From NCBI GenBank assembly GCA_963835065.1, contig CAWIEK010000060.1, positions 64,001 through 128,000 of the forward strand: DNA of 64,000 bases, given 5' to 3'. Positions 10,201 to 20,765 of the stretch are shown here, in pieces. Position 1 is the stretch's first letter. Every line of letters begins with the position of its first letter. Below the pieces are notes generated by a model. That model did not search any database. It was not told where the DNA came from and was given only the letters and a program-made list of their open reading frames with translations. The position numbers and the translations under genes were made by a program. Source of the stretch: an uncultured Chthonomonadaceae bacterium. Its GTDB lineage: Bacteria > Armatimonadota > Chthonomonadetes > Chthonomonadales > Chthonomonadaceae.

Positions 10201-11149
10201 CAATACAAGTGAAGTGGTGCAGACGCTTTACGGCGACAATCCACTGATAAAATTAATCGTCAAGCCGAACGGCGGCAAAGCGTCCGCCTTGAATCAAGGC
10301 TTGACGGTGGCGACAGGCGACATCATGGTGTCGCTGGACGCGGATACCCTGTTTACCGCCGATACTATCGGGCGGCTTGCGCGGCACTTCATCAACCCGA
10401 AAGTGGGCGCGGTGTCGGGCAACGTGCGCGTGGGCAACACCAACAACATCTGGACGCGCTGGCAGGCCATTGAGTACACGACGAGCCAGAATTTTGACCG
10501 GCGCGGCTATGACCTGCTGAACTGCATCACGGTTGTACCCGGCGCAGTGGGAGCCATGCGGCGCGAGGCCGTGCTTGAGGTCGGCGGGTATACGCACGAC
10601 ACGCTTGCCGAAGACACCGACCTGACATGGAAACTGCGGCGTTCCGGCTGGCGTATCGTCAACGACAACACCGCAATGGCGTACACCGAAGCGCCCGAAT
10701 CGCTGAAGAATCTCGCAAAGCAGCGTTTCCGGTGGGCGTTCGGAACCCTGCAATGCCTGTGGAAGCACCGGGGCGCGTTGGGACAGCACGGCGCGTTCGG
10801 CTGGCTGGCCCTGCCCTCCCTATGGGTGTACCAGATATTGTTCCCGGCCATTTCGCCGTTCATGGACATCGGTATGGTCTGGTCGCTGTGCGCGGGCAAC
10901 GGGGCCAAGTTCGCGCAGTTTTATGTCGCCATGTTCGCGCTGGAGTTTACCGCCGCGCTGATCGCCCTGCGCATGGACCGGGGCAACCTGCGGCTTTTGC
11001 CCTGGCTGTTCTTCCAGCGGTTCTTGTACCGACAGTTGATGTACTACGTCGTCCTCCGCGCCCTGTGGTCGGCTCTGCGCGGCAACGCGGTGGGCTGGAA
11101 CAAATTCGAGCGCACGGGCACGGCGCGGGTGGAAACCAAAACGGCGTAG
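7283..11149 (+). CDS. GH18-like + polysaccharide deacetylase + GT2 (PgaC/IcaA-like) trifunctional protein
   Basis: LQGVNIDFEE (GH18-like), LTFDDGP/NHTWDH/LLHDAG (CE4), IAAYNE/VDDGSKD/LDAD/AEDTD/QRFRW (processive GT2). Exact start is uncertain because it lies in a repeat. Confidence 0.92.
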   Translation: MMNDEYSEQKNDERGVINDEQNTNSNSSLITHHSSLPTLPVFYDEQKLRWPWLKRMAVVGGLVGILAAVVLAVSVFAPALLPRNPLPRATTVREIGNQDPILSHFEQRPHLAQTNPPMTRLQRRQLGVKFTRDRQKLEAYTRREQSKAAENARRAQAFLQQWPNQIKGQGLTAGGVMPFGYEDEGNREQGTGNRKEEEKKRREEKAQHPTPDTRHPTPVVAAFYVNWEETSWASAQHNMAHLTHFLPEWLHLKQKGADVGSSNPKTLPFLDARDDKDKTDVVNLAHSNSVPIVVLLNNYTRPKNEEEGEGKWDTDAVHALVSDPKARRNFARQMRDWLLANKLQGVNIDFEEVAEQDRDGLTLFMRELYTALHPAKLLVTQDVQVEGGAYDFPGLAKWNDWLVPMFYDEHESSSGPGAIAGIDWTHKHLDALLSQVDPSKVVMAVGQQGYDWTKGVAGTESLRYQTAVVTAKESYDGKGMDGVIRMDPASLNPMFTYSEDTLDKNNQARQEEHTVWMQDAASVYNQLLLARPHGIRGAALWMLGAEDPTIWSYYDKNLWNGDWKQIVAGGALNTISYGGTGEIDFTAEGELLQPVAEPTSGQRTITQDPKTGMITAEAYKIDPITNRPLMPSSYIVRRYGGKTGNPAKQIVLTFDDGPDPTYTPQILDILKRYHVPAAFFVVGKMAEANPNIVRRMWDEGHEIGNHTWDHRDLAELTPTHQQIELTATERVIQALTGHSTTLFRPPYGNDVEPTTGAEVRPLDLAAQMNYLTVGQKIDPLDWALYKFKPGTEAFDYTQPKTAQDIVNGVWAEKDQGSIVLLHDAGGDRTHTVAALPQIIEKLRAGGYTFVSVSQLSGIPREKLMPPITGKDIYLAGGDRMTFEAAYLFQITLTTLFMLSIVLGTSRVLLFVGLALIQRQREKKRVFPVGFTPSVSVIIAAYNEEKVIGRTIQALLDSGYPNLEIIVVDDGSKDNTSEVVQTLYGDNPLIKLIVKPNGGKASALNQGLTVATGDIMVSLDADTLFTADTIGRLARHFINPKVGAVSGNVRVGNTNNIWTRWQAIEYTTSQNFDRRGYDLLNCITVVPGAVGAMRREAVLEVGGYTHDTLAEDTDLTWKLRRSGWRIVNDNTAMAYTEAPESLKNLAKQRFRWAFGTLQCLWKHRGALGQHGAFGWLALPSLWVYQILFPAISPFMDIGMVWSLCAGNGAKFAQFYVAMFALEFTAALIALRMDRGNLRLLPWLFFQRFLYRQLMYYVVLRALWSALRGNAVGWNKFERTGTARVETKTA

Positions 11150-11278
11150 GGGATGTTGAACCACCAAGAAATACAAAGAAGACATAAACCACGGGGAACA
11201 CGGGGGACACGGGGAGGATAAGGGGAAAGCAGGGCTATGCGTTAGTCCTGCTTTCTTCTTTATCTCATAAATAGAGGA

Positions 11279-12238
<960 letters not shown>

Positions 12239-12307
12239 AAATTTACCACCCGCTACGCTAGAGACACAGAGACACAGAGGTTTCACAGAGAAAAGAAGAA
12301 AAAGAGA

Positions 12308-12500
12308 GGAGAGATGGGAACCGCGAAACACACGAAATAAACGAAAAAAAGAACAAAAGGGAAGTGAAAAGCATTAAAGCACTTCAGGCAGTCACTGCTC
12401 TTCTTTGCTCCCTTTGCCTCTTTGCGGTTCTTTAGTTTTGTCTTTTTTGTTTTTTCCTTTTTTCGTCTTGGTTCGTGTGTTTCGCGGTTCCCAACTCTCC
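12308..12500. repeat. MITE-like intergenic inverted-repeat element
   Basis: Perfect 22-bp inverted repeat TGGGAACCGCGAAACACACGAA at 12315-12336 and 12472-12493, with an A-rich/T-rich interior. Confidence 0.7.
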
Positions 12501-12516
12501 TTCTTTTCTTCGCGGT

Positions 12517-14031
12517 TCAGACGGCGAGGAGTTCCAGTCGTTCGCCGCTGGTTTGCTCAACTTCGGCGTGGAGGCTGCCACCCCAACTGTCCATGGTGAC
12601 GACGGCGACGAAGTTCTGCGCATTAAGATGCCAGAGGGCTTCCGGGACGCCGAACTCTTCCAGAAAGTCCACGCCTGTTACCGCTGTGATCTTGTCGGCG
12701 TAAAACTGTGCCGCGCCGCCAATCGCGTTGAGATACACCGCGCCCGTTTCCTGCAAGCCCTGCGAGGTTTTCTTGCCCATGCCGCCCTTGCCGATGACCG
12801 CGCGGACGCCGAACTTGCGCAGAATATCGGCCTGATACGGTTCCTCGCGGATGCTGGTTGTCGGGCCTGCCGCTTTCACGTGCCAGTTGCCGTCCTCGTC
12901 CTTGAGCATGACCGGGCCACAGTGGTAAATCACCTGGCCGTTCAGGTCAACGGGCGAGTCGTGCGTGGAAAGATATTTGTGCAGGGCGTCCCGTCCCGTG
13001 TACAGCGGCCCACTCAGCATCACCACATCGCCCACATGCAATTGCCGAACATCGGCTTCGGAAAGCGGCGTGGTTAGGCGGAACTCGCGCCCGGTTGTCG
13101 GGATGCCTTCCGCTTCAGCCATGCGGGCGGGATTCTCGTCCCGGAACAGCCAACGGTTGATAGCGCCGCTTGTCGCGTCGAGATGAACGCCCAAACGCCG
13201 GTACGCCCAACAGTTATACGCGACAGAAACGAAGAAAGACGCGGGAAGCCGGTTTAATGCGCCGATTTTACAGCCGAGCAGCGTAACGCCGCCGCCGAAG
13301 CCCATGGTTCCGATGCCAAGTTGGTCGGCATGCGCCATGACGCGGGCTTCCAGTTCGGCAAGTGTAGGGTCGGGGTTGGTGTCTTCCACGTCGCGGAACA
13401 ATTGCTCTTTCGCGCCCGCGTAGCCGCTCGTGCGGTCGCCGCCGACGCACACGCCCAGAAAGCCCGCGCTGCATCCCTGCCCCTGCGCCTGCCAGATGGA
13501 GTGCAGGATGCACTTGTACACGCCTTCAATGTCGCGCCCCGCTTTGCCGACGTGTTCCAGTTCGGCGGGCAGGGAATACTGAATGTTCTTGTTTTCGCAG
13601 CCGCCCCCTTTGAGGATCAGCAAGACTTCGATCTCGTTGCGCTCCCATTGCTCGAAGTGGATAACCGGCGTTCCCGGCCCTAAGTTCAGGCCGGAATTTT
13701 TGCCCGTAATGCTGTCCACGCTGTTGGGGCGCAATTTGCCCCTCCGTGTCGCTTCGGCAACGGCTTCCTGAATGGCTTTGCGAATTTCGATCTGGTTCGT
13801 GCCGACGGGCGTATGGACATGAAACGTGGGCATGCCCGTGTCCTGGCAGATGGGCGAAACGTTGTCCTTTGCCATATCCACGTTGAGGCTGATGATTTGC
13901 AGCGCTTGCTTGGCCTGCGTATCGGGCTGTTCGCGCTTGTTGGCGCGGGCCAAAGCGCGGCGCACATCGGCGGGTAAATTCGTTGCGGTTTCCGTTATCA
14001 GTTGAATCAGGCTGTCGCGCAGTTGTTCCAT
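12517..14031 (-). CDS. fumA: Fumarate hydratase class I (Fe-S), fused alpha/beta
   Basis: PICQDTG, KGGGCENKN, YTGRD, AAGPTTSIR and IGKGGMG motifs. Confidence 0.92.
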   Translation of the reverse strand: MEQLRDSLIQLITETATNLPADVRRALARANKREQPDTQAKQALQIISLNVDMAKDNVSPICQDTGMPTFHVHTPVGTNQIEIRKAIQEAVAEATRRGKLRPNSVDSITGKNSGLNLGPGTPVIHFEQWERNEIEVLLILKGGGCENKNIQYSLPAELEHVGKAGRDIEGVYKCILHSIWQAQGQGCSAGFLGVCVGGDRTSGYAGAKEQLFRDVEDTNPDPTLAELEARVMAHADQLGIGTMGFGGGVTLLGCKIGALNRLPASFFVSVAYNCWAYRRLGVHLDATSGAINRWLFRDENPARMAEAEGIPTTGREFRLTTPLSEADVRQLHVGDVVMLSGPLYTGRDALHKYLSTHDSPVDLNGQVIYHCGPVMLKDEDGNWHVKAAGPTTSIREEPYQADILRKFGVRAVIGKGGMGKKTSQGLQETGAVYLNAIGGAAQFYADKITAVTGVDFLEEFGVPEALWHLNAQNFVAVVTMDSWGGSLHAEVEQTSGERLELLAV

Positions 14032-14430
14032 AGCTATGTTTTCCTTGCGGGTTAAAGTGTTGGTTTGTACTTCTATTGTACCGCAAGGCCGTTGATTCAG
14101 GCGGCAAAGTTTAGCGGCAGCAGTGGGCTGTGTGGCAATGCCGTTTCCTGTTTGCCCGGCGGCGCACAGCGGCGCGTAGAATGTCCATGCTGCGCCTTTT
14201 TCGGCACGATTTTTCTGCTACAGAACTTCTGCTACGAACTAATTATTAGCTGCTGCCAGTCCTACATAATGTTAAAGGGTGGGATTCTGCATCAAAAATG
14301 CGCTTTGAAAGCGCGCTTTGTGGCGGCTTCGAGGACTTCAAAGCCATGCCTTAACCATTTTTCTCTCCATTATTGTTAGCTAGCCAAACGAGATGCCGAA
14401 CAGCCCGCTTACCGTGTAGGAGATTGTCCC

Positions 14431-16797
14431 ATGCCTGAAGTTCTGAAAACTGCTTCGGACGCGAGAGGATTTACCGTCAAAGACGGACTTGCTTTCCACG
14501 AATTCTGGGGGCGCACACCGGTGGATTTGTCCTCGGATGGTCGTTTCCTCGCTTACACCACGCACAACTATCTTCAGCAGTTTCAGGAGAGCGCGGATCG
14601 CGTAGAAAACCATGTGCCCCGCGTACAGGTGGGCTGCATGGCGCATGTTCTCGACATAGAGCAGAACACTTCCCGCGTCCTGACAGAGACAGGAACCAGT
14701 TGGGGCGGACGCTGGTCGCCGGACGGAGGGCGTCTGGCCTTCTTTTCTGACCACACAGGCGAGGCGCGTCTCTGTGTCTGGCACCGGGACACCGATCATA
14801 TACAGGTCTTTTCCGAGGCCATCGTCTACGTCTTTTTCGAGTTTGAAACAGTCCGCTGGTCGCCGGATGGCAGCCGCGTCTTCTTCAAAGCGCTTGCGGT
14901 TCCACAGCGCGAAGCGCCTCCTCCGTCTACTGCGCCTGCGGAACCAGAGCAGCCTGTGCTTGCGGCATTGGAGGGGGCTGCGCCTTCAGTGCAACTCTGG
15001 GAATCACCGGCGGCCCGCAAAAAGCGGGACCCAATGGCAGAGCCGATACCGATGCGCGGCGGCGGCGCTACCGCCTTCGGCGGGGCCACGGACCTTGCGA
15101 TGGCCGATGTGCGAACGGGGTTAGTTCATCGTATACAGAGTGGCGCCAGCATCCGCAGTTTTGAAGTCTCTCCTGATGGCAGGCAGGTTGCTGTCAGCGG
15201 AAATGTTCGTTTTGAAGATATGAGCCGCGTCGAGCCAATTTTCGATCTCTGCCTGGTTCCTGTTCCGTCTGACCCGCTCCCAGCCTCACCGGAGGTCCAG
15301 ACGCCCAATCATCCTCCCTGCATAATCGGCCTTCCCCTGGGATACGGCGTTTCTTTCGCCTGGTCACCGGACAGCGCCCAGATTGCTTACACGACCGGCG
15401 GCGGCGAATCAACGGAGCCACAAGACGTTGTTGTGATAAACATACGGAGAGGCGCGTCACGCTCGCTCACGCAGCAAGCCGCCAACAGCCCGAAGGAACA
15501 GCCGTGCCGCATTGAGGTGGAGGGAACGCCCCTGCCGGGGTTCAACAACGACTACGAGCCGCCGCTCTGGACGCCCGACAGCAGGCATCTTCTCTGCGTG
15601 GGCGAGGGCGAGGTGTGGCGGTTCTCCCTGGATGGCAGCCCGCCCCAAAACCTCACGCAAGGCTTCGATAAGCGAGTCGAGATGATCCTTAGCCCGAACG
15701 TAAGCGGCACGGCTCAGACGGTGGACAGTGGCGAGGCGATTGTGGTCTTCGCTCGCGATGCCGCAAAGGGCAAATTTGGCTTCTACCGAATACCGCTGTC
15801 AGGTGGCGATGCGACCCCGTTGCTCGAAATGTCGGACTGTCTTGTTCGGGCAGATCGTTACTTTCTGGATGTTGCCGGGGAGACGGGGGCGTTCGTCTTT
15901 CATAAGGAGAGCGCGACAACGCCTCCCGACCTCTATCTGTGCGATCCGGCCACCCATGCGATGCGGCAAGTCACCTGGGTCAACCCCGCTCTGCGCGATG
16001 TCCACTTCTCCCAGCCGCAGATGCTGGAATGGAACCTGGAAGAGAACCGGACAGCGCGGGGCATTTTGCTCCTCCCGCCAACCGCGACACCCGAAGCGAA
16101 AGCGCCTCTGATTGTCTGGGGCTATCCGGGCGCTATCGTATCCGGGTACATCCACCATTTCAACCGGGCGGAGGCTTCCGTTGTATTGAACCCGGAGTAT
16201 TTTGTGGCGCATGGTTATGCCGTGCTGCACCCCGATATTCCCCTTATTGGCAACGAGCCGTTACAGGAGATCACCCATACCGTTTTGGCGGGTCTTGATG
16301 CCGCGATTGCAACCGGGATGGTGGATGGCGAGCGGCTCGGCGTCATCGGCCACAGTTACGGGGGCTATATGGTCAACTGCCTGATCACACAGACGCAGCA
16401 GTTCAAAGCGGCGGTAAGCAGCGCTCCGATTGGAAACCTGGTGAGCTTTACTCTGGGCGGCGGCGATGCTGATGGCAATGTCACAATGGGCTGGGCCGAG
16501 GGAGGACAGGGTAGAATGGGCGGCACACTGTGGGAGCAGCAAGACCGTTACATCCGCAATTCGCCCGTCTTTTATCTCGACCGCGTTGAGACGCCCCTGC
16601 TGCTAATCGCCGGAGAAGAGGATCACGGCTGTGCGCAACAGGCGGTAGAGATATTCTGCGGTCTGCGCCGCCTGGACAAAGAGGTGGTGTTGGCCCGGTA
16701 CAAAGACGGGGTGCATAGCTGGTTTTCGTGGTCGCCCCGACAGATCGAGGATTTATGGGAGCGTATGTTCGGTTGGTTTGACGCGCATCTCAGCTAA
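14431..16797 (+). CDS. S9 family (prolyl oligopeptidase-like) serine peptidase
   Basis: WSPDG beta-propeller repeats, GHSYGG nucleophile, GEED Asp and GVH His. Confidence 0.9.
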   Translation: MPEVLKTASDARGFTVKDGLAFHEFWGRTPVDLSSDGRFLAYTTHNYLQQFQESADRVENHVPRVQVGCMAHVLDIEQNTSRVLTETGTSWGGRWSPDGGRLAFFSDHTGEARLCVWHRDTDHIQVFSEAIVYVFFEFETVRWSPDGSRVFFKALAVPQREAPPPSTAPAEPEQPVLAALEGAAPSVQLWESPAARKKRDPMAEPIPMRGGGATAFGGATDLAMADVRTGLVHRIQSGASIRSFEVSPDGRQVAVSGNVRFEDMSRVEPIFDLCLVPVPSDPLPASPEVQTPNHPPCIIGLPLGYGVSFAWSPDSAQIAYTTGGGESTEPQDVVVINIRRGASRSLTQQAANSPKEQPCRIEVEGTPLPGFNNDYEPPLWTPDSRHLLCVGEGEVWRFSLDGSPPQNLTQGFDKRVEMILSPNVSGTAQTVDSGEAIVVFARDAAKGKFGFYRIPLSGGDATPLLEMSDCLVRADRYFLDVAGETGAFVFHKESATTPPDLYLCDPATHAMRQVTWVNPALRDVHFSQPQMLEWNLEENRTARGILLLPPTATPEAKAPLIVWGYPGAIVSGYIHHFNRAEASVVLNPEYFVAHGYAVLHPDIPLIGNEPLQEITHTVLAGLDAAIATGMVDGERLGVIGHSYGGYMVNCLITQTQQFKAAVSSAPIGNLVSFTLGGGDADGNVTMGWAEGGQGRMGGTLWEQQDRYIRNSPVFYLDRVETPLLLIAGEEDHGCAQQAVEIFCGLRRLDKEVVLARYKDGVHSWFSWSPRQIEDLWERMFGWFDAHLS

Positions 16798-16913
16798 AGG
16801 AACCTTCCTTGAGGTTGTGGGCGAATCCCTTTTCTTCATTTGGAGGAGCCATGCTATCCCGTTTTGACAGGCTATGTAATCTGCATCGGTTAAGGCAGAA
16901 GATTGGAGGTACA

Positions 16914-16942
16914 TTGACTGGCTGCCGAAAATGCTGTAAAAT
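16914..16942 (+). promoter_or_regulatory. Sigma70-like promoter of the vapBC-like pair
   Basis: TTGACT-N17-TAAAAT, 38 nt upstream of the antitoxin ATG. Confidence 0.6.
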
Positions 16943-16980
16943 GGCGGAAAGAATATTATACTTGCGCAGGAGTAACGCTT

Positions 16981-17226
16981 ATGACCGTCACGCTGGAATT
17001 GACAAGAGATGATGAGGAAAGACTGGCAACCGCCGCCGCTCAGGAAGGGCTGGAACCACACGATTACCTGCTGCACTTGGTGCGCCAGTTGCCGGCCTCA
17101 CGAAATAAGCGCAAATTGCAGGGATATGGAATGTTGGCCCATCTTGGCGCAACCGTCGAGGAGTTCCATCAGGAGCGGCAGAAAGACCGTGTTCGTGAAA
17201 ACCGGGCAGAGGGAGCCGAAAACTGA
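16981..17226 (+). CDS. Putative antitoxin (VapB-like)
   Basis: MTVTLEL N-terminus, 81 aa, SD CAGGAG, coupled to a PIN toxin. Confidence 0.75.
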   Translation: MTVTLELTRDDEERLATAAAQEGLEPHDYLLHLVRQLPASRNKRKLQGYGMLAHLGATVEEFHQERQKDRVRENRAEGAEN

Positions 17227-17633
17227 CAGCCACCATTCACATTCTGGATGCCGGGCCGATGATTGCCTATCTGGAAGCGGAACGCGGCGGCGATGTTGTG
17301 AAAGACATGCTGGATTCTCCTGATGATTCCTGCTATGCCCATGCCGTCAACATGGCGGAAGTGCATTACCATGTGCAGCGTCGTTCGGATGAAGCAACTG
17401 CTGACAAGGCCATAGACACGTTGATTGCGGACGGTGTAACTATCTGCGAAGACATGGATATGGCTTTTTGGAAGAGCATCAGCCGCTTAAAAGCGCGAGG
17501 CAGTCTTTCCATTGCGGATTGTTTCTGCATCGCGCTTGCCCTGCGGTTGGAAGGCGAGATTGTCACGACGGATCATCACGAGTTTGACGCGCTGGTTCCC
17601 CTCGGCTTATGCCCGATACAATTCATACGCTGA
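17223..17633 (+). CDS. vapC: PIN-domain toxin (VapC), probable CTG start
   Basis: ILDAG (upstream of ATG 17259), NMAEV, LSIADCFCIALA and VTTDHHEF acidic PIN motifs. Confidence 0.88.
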   Translation: MTATIHILDAGPMIAYLEAERGGDVVKDMLDSPDDSCYAHAVNMAEVHYHVQRRSDEATADKAIDTLIADGVTICEDMDMAFWKSISRLKARGSLSIADCFCIALALRLEGEIVTTDHHEFDALVPLGLCPIQFIR

Positions 17634-17654
17634 TCGCAAAATGTTCCAACAATA

Positions 17655-17702
17655 GCGAAGAAGCAAGGAACGGATACAGTACCCGTTCCTTGCTTCTTTC
17701 GC
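17655..17702. terminator. Hairpin terminator between convergent genes
   Basis: AAGAAGCAAGGAACGG / CCGTTCCTTGCTTCTT stem. Confidence 0.75.
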
Positions 17703-17733
17703 GTAATACCATTAAAAACAGCAAAGCGAGTAA

Positions 17734-17964
17734 TCAGTTGCCGCTATCGGTGCTGGCGCTCGTACCCGATGTGCCTTTGTCCGTAGTGTTGTTCGGGTCG
17801 TTCAGCAGGTCTACGATCTGGTTGAGTTCATCTTCGCTGATCTGGTCGCCTTCCCGTTGTGAGCCGCGGGACAGGTTGGGCAGCAGGCGCTCCAGCGTTT
17901 CGGGGCTGATGTTGAGTTCCTGAGACGCTTGCTCCAATGTATACGTGCGTTTGGGTTGATTCAT
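17734..17964 (-). CDS. Small acidic protein with HTH-like N-terminus
   Basis: YTLEQASQELNISPETL resembles an excisionase/MerR-type HTH; SD AAAGGA. Confidence 0.65.
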   Translation of the reverse strand: MNQPKRTYTLEQASQELNISPETLERLLPNLSRGSQREGDQISEDELNQIVDLLNDPNNTTDKGTSGTSASTDSGN

Positions 17965-18079
17965 AAGAAATTGTCCTTTCCGGTTTGTAGGACCGCTGTG
18001 CGCGGCGAACGCGCGGGCGGCATTTGAAAGCGCGAAGTCCGCAAATTGTTGCGCGTTCCACGCTTCTCCACACTACAAG

Positions 18080-18104
18080 AACGCAAAAACGCCTTTCAGG
18101 TTCC
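18080..18104 (-). promoter_or_regulatory. ECF-type promoter GGAAC-N17-GTT
   Basis: Minus strand GGAAC CTGAAAGGCGTTTTTGC GTT, about 115 nt upstream of 17964. Confidence 0.45.
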
Positions 18105-18208
18105 CTGCAAATAGTGAATATGTTAGACCTGAAAAGCAGCATGAGAGTTAAGAGAGGGCGGGACTGAATTCGGCAGGAACCAGCATCGTCCTGCGCGAAT
18201 AATCAGTT

Positions 18209-20635
18209 ATGGAAAATAACACCAACCCCGCTCTCTCAGCAACGCCCGCGTTTACGCCGCTCACGCTGAAAGCCGTTTTTGAAGACAAGATTTTCGACGC
18301 CAAACAACTGCGTCAGCCGCATTGGATGAAGGACGGCAGGCGATTTTGTTTTCTGGACATTCTGCCCAATACCGAAATCGTCACCGTCTGGATGTACGAC
18401 GTGGATAAGGGCGAACGCGCCCCCCTGATTTTTGCCGACGCGCTGAAACAGGCGTGGAAAGCAAATACAAGTCAAGAGGCGATAGCTAACCAACAGGAAG
18501 CGAGCCAACAAGAACTAAATCAACAAGCAACAAGTCAGCAAGCCGAAGCGAGGCAGCAGGAAGCAAATCAGCAAGACGTCAGCGTCGGTCAAGAAGCAAG
18601 CGCCGGTCAAGATGGAAAAACGGACAAGGGCAAGGAAGACGCGCTTGTCATTCACGGCTACCAGTGGTCGCCGGATGAAACGCGCCTGCTGTTGGCGCGT
18701 CTGCCGCGCCCGCACGATGCAGAAGGCGATAAGGCGCTGTACATCTACACGCCTGTCGCGCAACATCTGGAATGTATCGCGCAAACCGAGCAGGAATACC
18801 GCAACGTGAAATGGTCGCCGGACGGACGCTGTTTGGGTTACGTAAAGGCGGATGACCTTTACCTGCTCGATCTGGAAACCAAAACCGAAACCCGGCTTAC
18901 CGACACGGCCTCGCCGAGCCGGTACAACGGACGCTTCGGTTGGGTGTATCAGGAAGAACTCGATCTTGTAGACGGCTGGGCATGGTCGCCGGACGGCAAG
19001 TGGATCGCGTACTGCGAGTGCGACGAAAGCGCGGTTCCCCTCGTTCCCCTCACGCGCTACGAAACCCTCCACCTCGAACCCGAACTCCAGCGCTACCCCA
19101 AAGCCGGCGACCCGAACCCTGTTGTGCGCGTCGGCTGCATCAACGTAGGGAACCGGATAAACCACGGGGAACACGGGGAACACGGGGAGGAAGAAAAGGG
19201 AGAGATACAAGATACAAGATATAAGATACAAGAAGGGCACTCCCTATCAACTATCAACTATCAACTATCAACTGAAGACTCTTCCTCCTCTGACTACCTT
19301 GCCGGATTCCATTGGACGCCGGACAATCAACTGCTGGTACAGCGGATTCCCCGGCTGCAAAATACGCTGCATTTGCTGCGTCTCGATCCGGCGACGGGCG
19401 AAAGTACGCTCCTGCTGACAGAAACGGACCCGGCGTGGGTGGATGCGCGGGGCAAGATTGTGTTTGTTGGGGAGACAGGGGAATGGCTGTGGCCTTCGGA
19501 CCGGGACGGGCACAATCACTTGTATTTATATGACCGTGATGGCGCTTTGCTACGGCAAGTGACGGCGGGGGCGTGGGATGTGGAAGCGCTGCTCGGCGTG
19601 GATGCCGAACAAAGGACAGCGTTCTTCAGCGCGGCGCGGCAGAACGTTTCTCAGCGCGAATTATGGGCTGTTTCGCTGGATGGAAGTGAACCGAAGCAAA
19701 TTTCGCAAGCAGCAGGCTTCCATCGCGCCCTGTTTGCCCCGGACGGCAAATTGTACTTGAATACCGTTTCCACGCGGGCTGCGCCGCCACATACGGATTT
19801 GCGGCAGGCGGATGGAAGCCTGATTGCGCAAATTCTGGACAATCCCCTGCCGCAGTTGGAAGCGTATCGCGCCGGAATGGGGCAGTGGGAGTTTACTTCC
19901 TTTCAAACTGCGGACGGCATGACGCTGAACGCCATGCTGCTGCGTCCGCCGGATTTCGATCCGTCGCGCAAGTATCCCGTTTTGATGTACACGTATGGCG
20001 GACCGAACTCGCAGGTGGTATTGGATACATGGGGCAGCAGGGTGGGATTAGAGCAGCTATTGGCGCAGCAAGGCTACATTCTTGCGCTTGTGGACGGGCG
20101 CGGTTCCGGGATGCGAGGGCGCGAGTTCAAGAAATGTACCTATCTAAACCTGGGCAAGTATGAAGTGGAGGATCAGATTGCGGGCGCGAAATGGCTGGCC
20201 CAATTGCCGTATGTGGATGAAGAGCGCATCGGTATCTGGGGCTGGAGTTACGGCGGCTACATGACGTGCCTGTGCCTGCTGCATATAGCGGACGTGTTCA
20301 AAGCAGGCGTGGCGGTTGCGCCCGTGACCGACTGGAAACTCTACGACAGCATTTACACGGAACGCTACATGCGCCGCCCCGAAGACAACCCGGACGGCTA
20401 CGCGCAATCTGCGCCGCTCACCCATGCCGAGCAATTAAAAGGCCGCTTCTTGCTGATGCACGGCCTGGACGACGACAATGTACACTTCCAAAACGCCGCG
20501 CAACTTGCCGCGCTGTGGCAACAGCGCAACAAGCCCTTTCAAATGATGGCCTATCCCGGCAAGCATCACGGCCTGGAAGACGTCGCGCCGCACTGGTCAC
20601 AGATGTTTACCGAGTTCATTCTGGCGAACCTGTAA
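18209..20635 (+). CDS. Dipeptidyl peptidase IV-like S9B peptidase with two low-complexity insertions
   Basis: GWVYQEEL, RYPKAGDPNP, YGGP, GWSYGG, HGLDDDNVHFQN and YPGKHH. Confidence 0.93.
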   Translation: MENNTNPALSATPAFTPLTLKAVFEDKIFDAKQLRQPHWMKDGRRFCFLDILPNTEIVTVWMYDVDKGERAPLIFADALKQAWKANTSQEAIANQQEASQQELNQQATSQQAEARQQEANQQDVSVGQEASAGQDGKTDKGKEDALVIHGYQWSPDETRLLLARLPRPHDAEGDKALYIYTPVAQHLECIAQTEQEYRNVKWSPDGRCLGYVKADDLYLLDLETKTETRLTDTASPSRYNGRFGWVYQEELDLVDGWAWSPDGKWIAYCECDESAVPLVPLTRYETLHLEPELQRYPKAGDPNPVVRVGCINVGNRINHGEHGEHGEEEKGEIQDTRYKIQEGHSLSTINYQLSTEDSSSSDYLAGFHWTPDNQLLVQRIPRLQNTLHLLRLDPATGESTLLLTETDPAWVDARGKIVFVGETGEWLWPSDRDGHNHLYLYDRDGALLRQVTAGAWDVEALLGVDAEQRTAFFSAARQNVSQRELWAVSLDGSEPKQISQAAGFHRALFAPDGKLYLNTVSTRAAPPHTDLRQADGSLIAQILDNPLPQLEAYRAGMGQWEFTSFQTADGMTLNAMLLRPPDFDPSRKYPVLMYTYGGPNSQVVLDTWGSRVGLEQLLAQQGYILALVDGRGSGMRGREFKKCTYLNLGKYEVEDQIAGAKWLAQLPYVDEERIGIWGWSYGGYMTCLCLLHIADVFKAGVAVAPVTDWKLYDSIYTERYMRRPEDNPDGYAQSAPLTHAEQLKGRFLLMHGLDDDNVHFQNAAQLAALWQQRNKPFQMMAYPGKHHGLEDVAPHWSQMFTEFILANL

Positions 20636-20765
20636 GCGCGTTTGCGGTTCGTGTTTGTTGGGCGGTGCGGGAAATGGAATAGAGGTATAATGACGATGGC
20701 AGCCGCCACTCAACCGGAAGAAGCAGCAGAGAAAATAGCCGGTGTGCAATGCCGGGGACTCGAAA

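Noticed and set aside
7283..11149. GH18-deacetylase-GT2 fusion as a novelty
   Set aside because: This is a known widespread architecture; only its repeat insertions are unusual.
14202..14220. Possible sigma54 promoter CGGCACGATTTTTCT
   Set aside because: Lacks the GC at the -12 position.
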